Origin: Cetorhinus maximus
Taxonomy: Eukaryota
Assembly (NCBI RefSeq): GCF_964194155.1
Contig: NC_135897.1
Location: 74,834,001-74,898,000 of the forward strand
Length of the DNA stretch: 64,000 nucleotides
Direction: 5' to 3'
Under the pieces are notes generated by a model that saw nothing but the letters and a program-made list of their open reading frames with translations, made no database searches and was not told the origin of the DNA. Shown here piece after piece: positions 48,326 to 61,350 of this stretch (position 1 is its first letter; each line of letters starts with the position of its first letter). The position numbers and the translations under genes were made by a program.

Positions 48326-49884
48326 AGGAGTCAATTAAAGTGGTTTCTGGGTGTTCAGGCTAGAGAGTTCAAGAATGCCCATTTTGGTTATTTGGCTGGT
48401 GCTGTGTGGGAAGCCAAAGATTGAAAGGTTGGAATGAGACGGGGATGGGAAATTGAGGTGACAAACCATGGAATCATACTTGCAGGCAGAGTTACGATGT
48501 TTAGAGATGCATGTAAATCATTCTCCACATGTATTGGTGGTTTGGGGGGGGTGGGTTCCCATGTAAAGTAGGAGAAGAAGTGGATTCATTGATGGTGCAG
48601 CTGCTGTAGTCGCATTAGAAGCTCTATGAAGAAGGGTTACCAAAAGAGCAGCTGAAGGGAGAGTGAATGAGGCTGCTGCAGAGACAAAGCTCCTACCAAA
48701 TAACAAGAAAAAAGAGTTGTAGCTGGTGCTGGGATCATGTTACGTGTAGTGGAAATGATGATCTGATAGATTGAATAGAAAGAGAAGGATCGGAGCAGAG
48801 ACACGAGTCATGGAGTGAATGTGATAATGGGCCATATTCTCAGCAGACTAGGGCAATGCTTAGCAAAGGAAAAAATACATTTGTAAACTTCTGGTACAGA
48901 AAACAAATTTTGTTGAAGGTACAGCACAAAGAGAGAAAATGAGCAAAAGGCATTGTATCTTTACAGGAAGAAGATTAGTAACAAGTAATGAGTAATTATG
49001 CAGGCTGTAGGCTTGTAGAAAGTGTGATTTCTGTGAGAAGCCTATGAACAGTTATAGAGACCTGACCTGTCTTTTTTTGCTCTTCCGTGGCTGTGCTCTT
49101 CCCCTAATAACTCTGTCTCCATTTATTGTGAAGCAGTTTCCAATTTGACCAAGAAAATGTAATTTAAAAAAAAATCTTTCTGTAGGCTGACTGCTTTAAT
49201 GTGAGTCTACTCTGGTGGATAATTTGCCTGGTGTATTACCAAGGGAAGGTGTCTAGGATTGTTGTTTACGTTTGACTTTTATTGTTTAAACCAGTCCCTC
49301 TAGAAATGAAAAAGCGTGCCTCTGTTTGGAAGAACTCTATTGTGTCGACTAGAAGGGAATTGAATAAAACAGGATTTGTTTTCTGCTTTTGATGAGTTCA
49401 GTCACAAGCTGTCTGGAGATACTTTATATTCAATTGAGAAATATGGGGCAGCAGTAAAAAATAAAATGACCTCCAATGTAAAGACTTACAAAATGGGCTC
49501 ATAGTTAACTCTTCAGAAAAGGCAAAAACCATTCAAATGAGATTAAATTTTATTGAAGAAATAAATCTATTCTCAACAGTGCTAAATACCCAGAAGCTCT
49601 TGTTCTTGGCACTATATTGATGAGCTTTGTAGAATGATATAGTGTTTAGTCCCAGAAAGTATTATACTGAGGACAGAGCAGCTGTGCAATGTGAACGACA
49701 TGACCGAGTGGAGTCAGGACAAGCCAGCTCAATACGGTGAACATTGTGTCCTGGTGGAGTCTGAGGACAGCCTAGCTCTACAGCCTACAAAATGTCTCAA
49801 TGAAGGTAGAGGACAGGCCATCCTTGCAGTATGACCCTTGTACAATGTGACCCTGTAGGCAAACTGGCTGTGTACTGCTTATGA

Positions 49885-50540
49885 CATATGAACAGGAATA
49901 GGCCATTCAGCTCTCAGGGCTGTTCTGCCATTCAATGAGATCATGGCTTATCTGTATCCTAACTCTATCCAACCCCCTTGATTCCATAATTGCTCTATAT
50001 CTTTGGTAAGCAAAAATCTGTCAACCTCTGATTTAAAATTATAAGTTGAGCTAACATTTATTGCTTTTTGTAAGAGTGAGTTCCACACTTCGGTCATCCG
50101 TTGTGTGAAGAAGTGTTTCCTGATCTCTTTCCTGAGTGGCCTGGCTCTGATTTTAAGGTTCTTTCCCCTGGTCTTAGACTCTCGCACCAGTGGAAGGAAT
50201 TTCTTCCCTTTTACCTCATCAATCCTGTTCAAAATCCTAAAAACCTCAATCAAAATGCCCTTAACCGTCTAATTGCAGGGAATACAAGCCTGGTTTATAT
50301 AATCTGTCCTCTTAACTTAATCCTTGGATCCCTGGTAACATTCTGGAGAATGTACACTGCACTCCTTCCAAGACCACTGCATCCTCTCAATGGTGCAGTG
50401 CCCAGAACTGTATGCTGTATTCCTAATGTAGTGTAACCTGTGCTTTGTATAGCTGTAGCAAAACCTCCTCCCCTTTATATTCCAGCCCTACTAGTTATAA
50501 AGGCTGACATTTCATTCGTCTTTTTGATTATTTTTCATAT
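49885..50540 (-). mobile_element. CR1 3' fragment
   Basis: MIEVFRILNRID...TRGKNLK...IRKHFFTQRMTEVWNSL, the canonical CR1 C-terminus. Confidence 0.85.
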
Positions 50541-50812
50541 GGGTATCAGTGGAGCCTGAGGTGGTGTTTAGAGTGGTGCCTGCAGCCTGTGCTTTCATTA
50601 TGTATGACATACCTCAGTGGAGTGCAATAACAAAACCACAATAAAATTGGCGCTAAAAGAAAGAAAAAAGTTATTGTTAATTCTCGTTAGTATTTTGCAG
50701 TTTAAAAATAAAATCCTTGTCTAAATGTTGCTGATGGTGAAGCTGGCATTTATTGCTCATCACTTATTGGTCTGAGAAGGCACTGACGGGCTTTAAATCA
50801 CTGCAATCCATG

Positions 50813-51562
50813 TGTTATGGCACAGCCGATGGTAAATGCTGAGCTGCTCAAACTCCAGAGGGAAACTTGAGACAACTGCCAAATCTATTTTTGCAATTTG
50901 CATGTTTCAAGATGCGGGCTTTGAATTCAGTAGTAATAAGACCACCGAGCCTTATAGGTTTTTACAAAACTAGATTAAACGTTTATTAATATGAGAAATG
51001 GTTTAAGACTACAGTAAGACACAGATTTTAAAAGACCCAGGCAAAGAAACATGACACCCTGAGCAATCCAATTCAAAATGAATCTTCTTAACGTCAATTT
51101 GTTCTGGACAGCAGCTTGAGGTGTAGATGCTGAAGGCTTTTCACACTTGTTAGATCTTAAAATGCCTGCCTTTACACACAGCCTTCTCTCCTTTATTCAT
51201 GTTTTTCCCTTTGAATGCAAATTCCCATTGTTTTACTGTCTTTGGATTTTACCTCCCTGATCATAAAAAATTATCATAGTACCAATTTTACCAGTAATCT
51301 TTGGGGGAAAAATAAACACACTGTTTCTGAACTTCACCTGGCTAGGTGACACATTTCACTTCTCCTTTGCAAACAATCTAGTCTGGTTTATTTAAAAATG
51401 CAAATGTTCTTTTGCACCTTACATTCTAAATTTCCCCCCATACATCAAAGCTTCAGACCAGCTGCCTTTAATCCAGTGAAGTCTCTCACACACAGACACA
51501 TCTAGACACAGATACCACTATTTTACAATAAATTCCAATAACATTATTATATCTTGCTGACA
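50813..51562. mobile_element. Solo LTR (750 bp)
   Basis: Starts TGTTA, ends TGACA, with a perfect 4-bp TSD CATG at 50809-50812 and 51563-51566; interrupts a SINE. Confidence 0.75.
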
Positions 51563-51839
51563 CATGTTTATAATGGGTTGATAGAACTGAGTGGCTTGCT
51601 AGGCTGCTTCAACAGGTCATTAATAGTCAACCACATTTGGGGTGGGAAGGAGGAGGGTGGGTGGTTTGTTGGAGTCACATCCAGGCCAGACTGGATAAGG
51701 ACAGTAGATTTCCTTCCTTCAAGGACACTTGAACTAGCTTTTTAGCCAATCAAGCTGCTTCATGGCCACTTTAACTGAGAGTGTGATGGTGTGGGAAGGA
51801 TATACAGCAAGCAGGTTGTTTCTTTGGAGTACTAACAAA

Positions 51840-53762
51840 CACTGAATGATTTCCCACAATTTCCTGGATTCTAGAATAGCCCCAGCAGATTGGAAGTTAG
51901 CAAAGATACCACCACTATTCAAAAAAAGGAGGAGAGAGAAAACAGGGTCTGACAGGCCAGCTAACCTAACAGCAGTCATCAGCAAAATGCTGTAATCTAT
52001 TAAGGAAGACCTAACAATGTGTTTAGAAAATCATTGTATGATCAGATAAAGTCAACATGGTTTTATAAAAGATTTTATAAAAAGAGTTTTTTGAGGATGT
52101 AGCCAATAAAGTAGATAAAGGGGAATCAGTAGATGTACTGCACTTGGATTTGCAAAAAGCATTCGAGAAGTTGCCACATAAAAAGTTAATAGGCAAGTTA
52201 AGGGCTCATGGCATTGGGAATATTATATCAGCAGAGATGGGGGATTGGCTAATGGAGAGGAAGCAGAGAGCAGGGACAAAGGAGCCATTTTTAAGTGCCT
52301 GGCTGTAAGTAGTGGAGTGCTGCAAGGATCAGTGCTGAGACCTCAGCTATTTGCAATCTATATTAATGACTTGGACGAAAGAGAGAGTAATGATACAAAA
52401 CTAGGTAGGAATGTAAGCTGTGAGGAGGATACAGAGAGGCTGCAAAGAGCTAGAGTCAGGTTAAGTGAGTGGGTACCAAGGTGGCAAATGGAGCATAATA
52501 TGAGAACTGTGATACTATTCACTTTAGTAATTTTAAAAAAAATATACGTTCATGGGATGTGACCATTGCTGGCTCGGCCGGCATTTATTGCCCATCCCTA
52601 ATTGCCCTTGAGAAGGAGGTGGTGAGCTTGAACCACTGCAGTCCATATTCCTTATAGACTTTCTAGCAGTTGCGAAACAACTGAGTGGCTTGCAAGGCCA
52701 TTGCAGAAGGCATCTAAGAGTCAACCACAATGGTGTGGGTCTGGAATTGCAAGTGGGCCAGACCAGGTAAGGATGGCAGATTTCCTTCCCTAAAGGACAT
52801 TAGTGAACCAGACAGGTTTTTACCACAGCTGACAATGGTTTCATGGTCATCATTAGACTTTTAATTCCAGATTACTTTTTAAAATTCAGATTCCACCATC
52901 TGCTATGGTGGGATTTGAACCCCGGCCCTCAGAGCTTTACCCTGGGTTTCTGGATTACTAGTCCAGTGACATTACCACTACCACCACCTCCCCCATATGA
53001 ACAGAGAAGCAGAATATTTTTTAAATGGTGTCAAACTTCTAAATGTTGATGTTTCAAAAAAGCTTGGGTGTACATGTACAAGGAACACAAAGTCAGCATG
53101 CAAGCACAGGAAACAATTAGGAAAGCAAATGGCATGTTAGCTTTATTGCAATGCGCTTGGAGTACAAGAATAAGGAAGTCTTGCTATTGTTGTACAGAGC
53201 TTTGGTGAGATCACACCTAGAGTATTATGTGCTGTTTTGATCTCCATCTACAGAAGAATATACTTGCATTGAGTTGGTACAGTGAAGCTTCACTGGATTG
53301 TTCCTGGGTTGAGAAGGTTACTCCATGATGAGAGGCTGAGTAAATTGGGCCTATACTGTCTGGAGTTTTGAAGAATGAGAGGTGATCTTGAAATGTACAA
53401 GATTCTTAAGGGGCTTGACAGGGTAGAGACCGAGGGGTTGTTACCCCTTCTGGTGAATTTAGGAAAAGGACACAGTCTCGGAATAAGGTGTTGATCATTT
53501 AGGATTGAGATTAGGAGAAATTTCTTCACACAAAGGATTGTGAATCTTTGGAATTCTCTATCCCAAAGGGTTGTTGATGCTCCTTTGTTGAGTATGTTTA
53601 AGGCTGAGATGGACAGTTTTTGGTCTCTCTGGGAATCGAGGGATACAGGGAACAGGTGGGAAAGTATAGTTGAGACAGAAGATCAACCATGATTGTATTG
53701 AATGGCAGAGCAGGCTCGAGGGGCTGTATGACCTGCTCCTGCTCCTATTCCTTGTGTTCTTA
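51840..53762 (+). mobile_element. CR1 LINE RT region to 3' tail, with a nested minus-strand tRNA SINE (~52533-52995)
   Basis: VSSGVLQGSVLRPQLFAIYINDLD; tail GAGCAGGCTCGAGGGGC...CCTGCTCCTATTCCTTGTGTTCTT. Confidence 0.88.
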
Positions 53763-54081
53763 TACACCTGAGTTTTGTCAAATGGGACAGATTGGAAATT
53801 GTCTCCGAGTGAGAAAATTTGAATCTTGTGATTTACTGTGTTCCTGATTCTTTCTCTGTCTTCCCTTCCAACCTAGCTCTAGTAGTAAATTATCCCCTCT
53901 CCCTGAGAGGCCGTAGAGGAATGATTGATGAGGGAATTATTGTGTCTTGTAAACCTAATAAGGTGTCTACAACTAGAAGGTGCAGTATATCCAAGAACTG
54001 AAGTTATTTAAAAGTTTCTGGATGCATTAAGTACATAATCTGTAATGGCTGGAAATATAAATTTTGTGTTTAAATCTCTAG

Positions 54082-54175
54082 ACGTGGGTTAAATCCTCCG
54101 CATAGAGTGAAGTCAATCTCCATGACCACCTTCACACAGCAAGAAATTGAGTTTCTCCAAAAACATGGCAATGAG
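54082..54175 (+). CDS. AGFG1: AGFG1 exon 2
   Basis: AG/GTAAG bounded, 94 nt; RGLNPPHRVKSISMTTFTQQEIEFLQKHGNE. Confidence 0.97.
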
Positions 54176-55949
54176 GTAAGTGTGATTGAGAACTTATTTC
54201 AAATAATTTATTTTGCTTATTGAGTTGACACAAGGTATTGTTGCTTATGGGCATGATTTTGATTCCTTTCATCTGACTTCAGGTTTGATTCTCTTGGATG
54301 GAATTATATCGAAAGAATAATTTTTTTGAGGAGAAATGTTTTGGCTCTTTCCCTAAGATTACTTTGAACTCTTCAGCTTTAATGGTAAAGCGTAGTGCAC
54401 CACTTCCACTTATGCCAAATACCCAGAGCTTAGAATATTAACCCTGGGAATGCAGGCTGATCTAGTAAAAGTCTAGGCTCTCTATAGGTTGATTATTTTC
54501 AAAAAAACCTTCCTGCTCACAAACTGTACCTCACCCAAGTGCTAACTAGTCTTTGAGCCTTGGTAATGAATATGGTTAAATGATTCACATTGAGCAGCGC
54601 ACCCAACTGAGCACAATCCTTTCTTCATCTGATGTTCCCAAACCCATTCTTCAAGCAAAATAGTGATCAGGACTGAGAACTCTACCAATTATATGCCTCT
54701 GCCCCTTAACCAAGAGGGCCAAGTGTGCCCTTACAACCACCCTGGCTAAAACTGAAGCTGGAACCCTCCCAAAAAATAGGACTCACCTATTTGCTAATAA
54801 AACTCATTGAACCCAGCTCTACTGTAACCTTCTTGAGGGAAAAATGTTTCAATATTGTGCTTATCTTTCTGAGCCTGCTAGATTACATTGTCTATATTGG
54901 AATTGACTCTGATCAGCAGAAAGCAGGATCCCAACAGGAATTTTCAACTTCCAGTTGAAGTCTATAAAATTTCACTTGGGGGTTCTTGCATCAGTGAAAC
55001 TCTTTACTACTTGAGGGGTTAGTTGAATGTTGGATTGTGCTCAGCAAAGATTTATTGTCAAAACTAGGGCAGAAATGAAATCTATTGCAGTATAGGTCAG
55101 GACTGAGATGCATCATACTTAAAAATGTTCCTTTGCCTCTGCCTTCTTTTAATATTCTTGATATTAGTGCATTTTCGTTTCTCCTCCCTCACATATAAAT
55201 GCCAGGGCCTTAGTTTGGCCCTCCATTAAGATAATACATTCACTGCTGTTTGAGAGCAAATATTTTCAAAACCTTATGTGTTCAATGTGTATCAGGAATT
55301 ACTGAACATTGGAGGGGTCAAATATTAATTCCAAAGTTTCACATCTTAATTGAAGTTGACTCTAATTTCCAGTGAAAAATGGTTCTTTTGTAGCTGACAT
55401 TTGAACTCGTGCTTGTTTTGCATAGTAGAGATTACTGTACAATACTGCTAGTGACATTTTTAAGAGTTGCCAACTTTGAAAAATAAACCCAAGAGATTGC
55501 TGGGTGCAGTGTTACAACTCTGACCTTATCTCTTCCCTGCAATTGTGATTCGGATACTGTTTACATGTTTGAGACTGATTCTTAGTAATAATTGGTTAAT
55601 TTCAGATCATGGTTATATATTTTGTCACCCCAAGTAAAATACTAGTTCAGTGTTCACTATTGGCTAACTGAGCAGCTCCAAGTCCAATGAAACTTCAAGT
55701 AACTATTTTGATAATGTTCCTGTATAGCAATTGCTCTCCTATTTAAAGGACTTCTCCTCCCTCCTTTTCACCACCACTCCTCCCACCAACTGATTTGATT
55801 TTAGCCTTTTGCTGTGATGTTACCACAGTGTGCTTTGTGGTCCATACTGTAGAGTCTTGGGCCAATGTAATAAGTTTAAATTAATATTCCCATTAACGTT
55901 TGGTATCTCAAGTTGCTGATACTTGGTGCTTTGACTTATCCAACAATGG

Positions 55950-56525
55950 AGGTAACAGCATAAATCCTCAGAAGCAGCGGGTCAGCATCTTTGGAGACAG
56001 AAACCCGAATTAGCATTTCAAATCTGTGATCATTCATCAGAACTGGAAAGAGATGTAACAGGTTTAAGCAAACACAGAGGCAGGGAGGGAGGTGGTGGGA
56101 GGGGGAAAATAACCAAAGGGAAAGCCTGAGATAGGGTGAAAGACAGGAGTGATTAAATGGCAAAAGTGGGTGGTATTGGGACAAAATAAAACAAAAAATG
56201 GGACCAGATCTTGGTCTTTTGTTTCTTTTCTTGCCCCATTGCCATTCCCTTTTTGCCTTGCACCATCATCTCTTTCGTCATTTAATCAGTCTTGTCTTCC
56301 ACCCAATCCCAGACCTTCCTTTTTGTTCTTAGCTTCCTCGCCCCCTTTCCCTGCCTCTATAGCTGTTTAAAACCTGTTGCATCTCTAACTTTTCTTGTTC
56401 TGATGAAAGGCCACAGACCTGAAAAGTTAACTCTGTTTCTCCCTCCATAGATGCTGCCTGACTTGCTGAGTACTTTGAGCATCTTCTGTTATTTCAGATT
56501 TCCAGCGTTCATAGTATTTTGCTTT
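55950..56525. mobile_element. Penelope-derived fold-back element with hammerhead-like cores on both arms
   Basis: Imperfect inverted arms around ~56210. Minus-strand CTGATGA..GAAA at 56006-56046; plus-strand CTGATGA-AAGGCC-ACAG-ACCT-GAAA at 56400-56424. Confidence 0.75.
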
Positions 56526-57876
56526 AAATAGGCTAGGAATAGCCTTTTCGAAATCACTAACCTTGTCCACAAAATTTGAACAGGGCAAAGCAGAAAATAA
56601 GTAATATAAACGCTGATAGAACTTGGCTGCTTGGTCTTTGGGGGAAAGTGAGACAGTTAGTTAACAGTTAGTTAAATTGTAGCATGCAGCATGTTCCACA
56701 ACCTGTTGATGTACATTCCTGGACTCCACTGTATTCAATCATTTTGATCATGGAATAGCCCCCCCATGGAGCACTTCATAGCTTGTGCTTTGTTTCAACA
56801 CTCAGCTTCAGCTCAAGAGTGCCTTGTGATGACACCTAATATAATTTGCTTTTGAATATCCTATAAACGAGCCATGCTGTAGACCTTACTCAATATTATA
56901 TTTTGCGCCTACACATGGAAGCATACAGTATCCTCTGCTCTAGTGCTATTGTTTTCAGTAACCATCCATCCAAACTCATTATTACATTATTACTTTCTAT
57001 TCGTATAAAGCTCATTAATACTACTTTTTCAGTTCTGTTTTACTGATGATCTAGCTACATTTGCATTTATCATTTTAGGGAAATGCTTTAAATAGTTTTT
57101 GTTTAGGTACCAGGTAAAATATTAATGCAGATTAGTGAGGACAATGAGGCAGAAGTATTGCAGAAAACTGAAAACTCTTCTCCAGAATGAATGCCATGGA
57201 AATTACAGTAAATGTTAGGATGTGGCAATAATCGGTGTGTGTCTCTGCAGATTAAACTTGGCAATAATTGAAGATCACAGGTTAAAAATAGATTTGTTCT
57301 GAGCATGAAAATTGTTTTGTCAGCAAATTTATAAATAGCTTGAATCATGATGTATAACTGCAATTTTATGAATATCTTTTTATCTTATACTGTCTCTTCT
57401 TTGTCCACAATTACCGCCTCCTTTATGAGGAGCTTGCATCAACCAGGAAGGAGTTGAAATCTCCTAAGTCTATTCTAATTGTTTGCTCAGTTCAGAAATA
57501 CATCTAATTCCTTTTTGAATCATCCAGTCTGTAGTCACTGCATTATTTTTTTTCCTTTTGATTCAGCAAGTTTTATCCATCAGCTAATAATCTACCTTAA
57601 AAAAAAACTTAACTTAAAGTCTTTACTTTACCTCTGCCAAATGACTGAAACCCTGTGGAACCTTTCCACCTTTCTGTTGTCGTTGCACTGTTTTTTTTCA
57701 ATTGGATGCTGTCAATCAGATGTATCGTTTTGTTCCCCGGAACATTGGACCTGCTTTCAAAATTGTGAAACATCTCTTCCAAGCCAAATGTTTTACAAAG
57801 CTTCAACGTATGATAAATCCTTGAAAGAAACTACACATAAAGCAGAATAAGTCTTGTAAATGAACTATTTAAAACT

Positions 57877-57976
57877 CAGCCCTGAAGAAGAGTCATACGG
57901 ACTCCAAACGTTAACTCTGTTTCTCTCTCCATAGATGCTGTCAGATCTGCTGAGTTTTTTCAGCATTTTCTGTTTT
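57877..57976 (+). mobile_element. Short Penelope-terminus element with TSD
   Basis: CTGAAGA-A-GAGTC-ATACG-GACTC-CAAA-CGTTAAC (GAAA mutated). Direct repeat TATTTAAAACT at 57866-57876 and 57977-57987. Confidence 0.8.
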
Positions 57977-58604
57977 TATTTAAAACTATTATAGTTTTTA
58001 TGTAACCAGATTCGCTGGAGATTGTTGAAAGACAGAAGGTAAAAACTTGCATGCTAGGATCCAGCCCTACTGCTAGTGGGGAAAAATGTTTAATTTCTGG
58101 AGAGAAATAGAAGAGTAAAAAAGTAAAATAACATTGGGAATGAGACACGTTGACAGATTTACCTGAACCTCCAAGAATTACACTTGCTATAAAAAGAAGT
58201 TTGAATTTTTCTCTTTAAATGCATCCTTGGCAAAATTCATGACATTGTCTTTTGAATGTAATTGATAAAAACAGATAAGGCTGGAAATAAACATATGTAA
58301 AGAGAAAATACATGAATCGTCAGCTTGCCTCTGTGTTATTGCTCTTAAAAGCACAGAATGATTACAGCACCGAAGGTGGCTATATGGTCCATGTTGGTTC
58401 TCTGCAAGAGCAACTCACCTACTCTCACTCCCCCACCCTTTCCCTGCATTTTTTTTTCTCTTTGGGTGCTTATCCAATTCCGTTTTGAAACTCCAGTTGA
58501 ACCTCTTACCAACACACTCTTGGGCAATGTATTCCAGATCCTAACTACTTGCAGCATGAAATTGTTTTTCTTTAAGTTGCCATTTGTCCTCTTGCCAAGC
58601 TATT

Positions 58605-59600
58605 GGGCCACAGCTATTCACAATCTATATCAATGATTTGGATGTGGGGAACAAATATAATACTTCCAAGTTTGCTGGTGACACAAAATTAGATGGGAAT
58701 GTGAGTTGTGAGGAGGATGCAAAGAGGCTTCAAGGGGATTGAGACAGGTTAATTGAGTGAGCAAAAACATGCTAGATGGAATATAATATGGAAAAATGTG
58801 AAGTTATCCACTTCGGTAGGAAAAACAGAAATGTAGAGTATTCCTTAAATGGGGAGAGATTTGGAAGTGTTGATGTCCAAAGGGACCTGGGTGTCCTTGT
58901 TCATAAGTCACTGAAAGCTAACATGTAGCTGCAGCAAGAAATTAGGAAGGCAAATGGTACGTTGGCCTTTATTGCAAGAGGATTTGAGTACAGGAGTAAA
59001 GGAGTCTTGCTGCAGTTGTATAGAGCCTTGGTGAGACCACACACCTGGAATATTTTTTACAGTTCTGGCCTCCTTGCCTAAGGAAGGATACACTTGCCAT
59101 AGAGGGAGTGCAACGAAGGTTCATTAGACTGATCCCTGAGATGACAGGATTGACCTATGAGGAGAGGTTGAGGAGACTGGGCCTGTATTTTTATTCCCTA
59201 GAGTTTAGAAAAATGAGAGGTGATCTCATTGAAGCACACAAAATCTTTTACAGGGCTCGACAGGGTAGATGCAGGAAGGATGTTTCTGCTGGCTAGGGGA
59301 CTCTAGAACCAAGGGGCACAGTCTCAGAATAAGAGACCATTTAGGACTGAAATGAGGAGGAATTTCTTTACTCAGAGGGTGTTGAATCTTTCAAATTCTC
59401 TAACGCAGAAGGCTGTGGAGGCTCAGTCATTGAATATATTCAAGACAGAGATCGAGATTTCTAGATACTAAAAATATCAAGGGATATGGGGATAGTAGGG
59501 GAAATGGCGTTGAGCAAGATCATCAGCCATGATCTAGTTGAATGACGGAGCAGGCTCAAGGGACCAAATGTCTTCCTCCTCCTATTTCCTATGTTCCTGG
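58605..59600 (+). mobile_element. CR1 3' fragment nested in an opposite-strand CR1 tail (~58345-58600, 59600-59740)
   Basis: AAGTTTGCTGGTGACAC (decayed FADD), QRRFIRLIPEMTGLTYEERLRRLGL, tail CCTATTTCCTATGTTCCT. Confidence 0.85.
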
Positions 59601-59739
59601 CCACCTTAAATTAGTGTCCTGTGGTTCTTGACCCTTCCACCAATGAGAATGGTTTCCTTCTACTCTGTCTGAAGCCCTCATGATTTTGAACACCTCTATC
59701 AAATCTCCTCTCAGCCTCTCTTCTCTAAGGAGAACAATT

Positions 59740-60300
59740 CCTGAGTCTCTGAATCAAAAGGTTGTGGGTTCAATCCCCACTCTAGAAGTTGAGCATAAAG
59801 CCTAGGCTGATACATCAGTGCAGTATTGATGTGTGCTTCTTGTATGAAACTTTAAACTTATTCAGCTGGATGTAAGATTCATAATACTATTCAAAGAAGT
59901 GTAGGGAATCCTGTGTGTCCAGGTCAAAGAACATAAGAAATATGAGTGGGAGTAGGCCATTGGCCCCTCAAGCCTGCTCCACCATTCAGTAAGATCATGC
60001 CGATGTGATTGTGGCCTTAACTCCACTTTCCTGACTGCCCCCCATAACCCTTAATTCCCTTGTAGATCAAAAATATTGCTTATTCAGGCTTGAATATATT
60101 CAGTGACCCTAGTCATTACGTATCTCTCGCCAATACCACCAAAAACACAGATTAATTTTTCCCAATCCCTTTTGTGGATCTTGCTGAATGCAAATTGGCT
60201 CCTTCATTTGTCTATATGGTAACAATTGCTATGCTCCAAAGATACTTAAGTGGCACATTCAAAGGACATGAAAGATGCTATTTAAATGCAAGTTTTTGTT
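59740..60300 (+). mobile_element. DeuSINE-like element interrupted by a CR1 tail (~59928-60110)
   Basis: tRNA-like GGTTGTGGGTTCAATCCC head; Deu-domain-like GTGGATCTTGCTGAATGCAAATTGGCT; tail GATGCTATTTAAATGCAAGT. Confidence 0.6.
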
Positions 60301-60829
60301 CTTTTTGTTTGCTCAGGCATTCACCCTTCATCAAAACCGCCATTGTTGTTCTGTGTGTCTGCTTTTCTCTATAATAAATTGAGCCTACAGACTAAAGAGT
60401 TTGGAGATATAATCCTGTATGTTTAATTGATGAATTGGACACAGTTTGTAATTAATGTGATGGAAGATCAGAAGAACTTTTGGCTACATTTTTCTCTTTC
60501 CATTGAGAAGGATGACAGGGGCCCAGAATAACACTGACACCTCTCGAAAGTGGTCTGCGTCTCCCCGACAATTCCTCAATTTTCAGGCATGCTCAAAAAC
60601 CTTCCACTCTGAGCTATTTCCTTTGAAACTGTGTTCACTCTCCTTTAAGTTTTTGCAAACTTATCTCTAACATGTCTCTAGATCAAAAGATGACATATAA
60701 AACCTTAGGCCTGGAAGTGAGAACTAGGTCACCAGTTAACTGAGGAGGAATTGAAAGAAGTAGGAAAACAGGCTACCATCTGCAACAGAGTGCAGGAGGT
60801 TCAGTTCAAAGTAATGCCTTGGTTACCTC

Positions 60830-61350
60830 TAAACTCAACCATTCCAACGCACTCCTGGCTGGTCTCTGTAAACTTGAGGTCATCCAAAACTCTGCTGTCC
60901 ATAACTCGCAGCAAGTCCTGTTGCGCTGTCACCTCTGTGCTCGCTGTCCTACGTTGGCTCCCGGTAAAGTAACATCTTGATTTTAAAATTCTCATCCTTG
61001 TGTTCAGATCCCTCCGTGGACTTGCCCCTCCCTATGTCTGTGACCTCTTCCAACCCCTCAATCCTCTGAGATACCTGTGCTTCTCTATTTCTGTTGTGTA
61101 TTCCCAATCATAATTGCCCTACCATTGGTGGCTTGGCCCCAAGCTTTGGATTTGCCTCCCTACACCTCTCTAACTTTTTTGCCTCCTTTCAGATGCTTCT
61201 TAAAATCTTCCTCTTTGACCAAGCTTTTGGTCATCTGACCTAATATCTCCTTATGTGGCTTGTTGTCATACTTTGTTTTGTAATGGCCTTGTGAAGTGCC
61301 TTGGGACATTTCATTACGTTAAAGGTGCTACACATATATAAATTATTGTA
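60830..61350 (+). mobile_element. L2 3' fragment
   Basis: AAACTTGAGGTCATCCAAAACTCTGCTG...TTTAAAATTCTCATCCTTG...AAAGGTGCTA; same family as 10560-11400. Confidence 0.8.
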
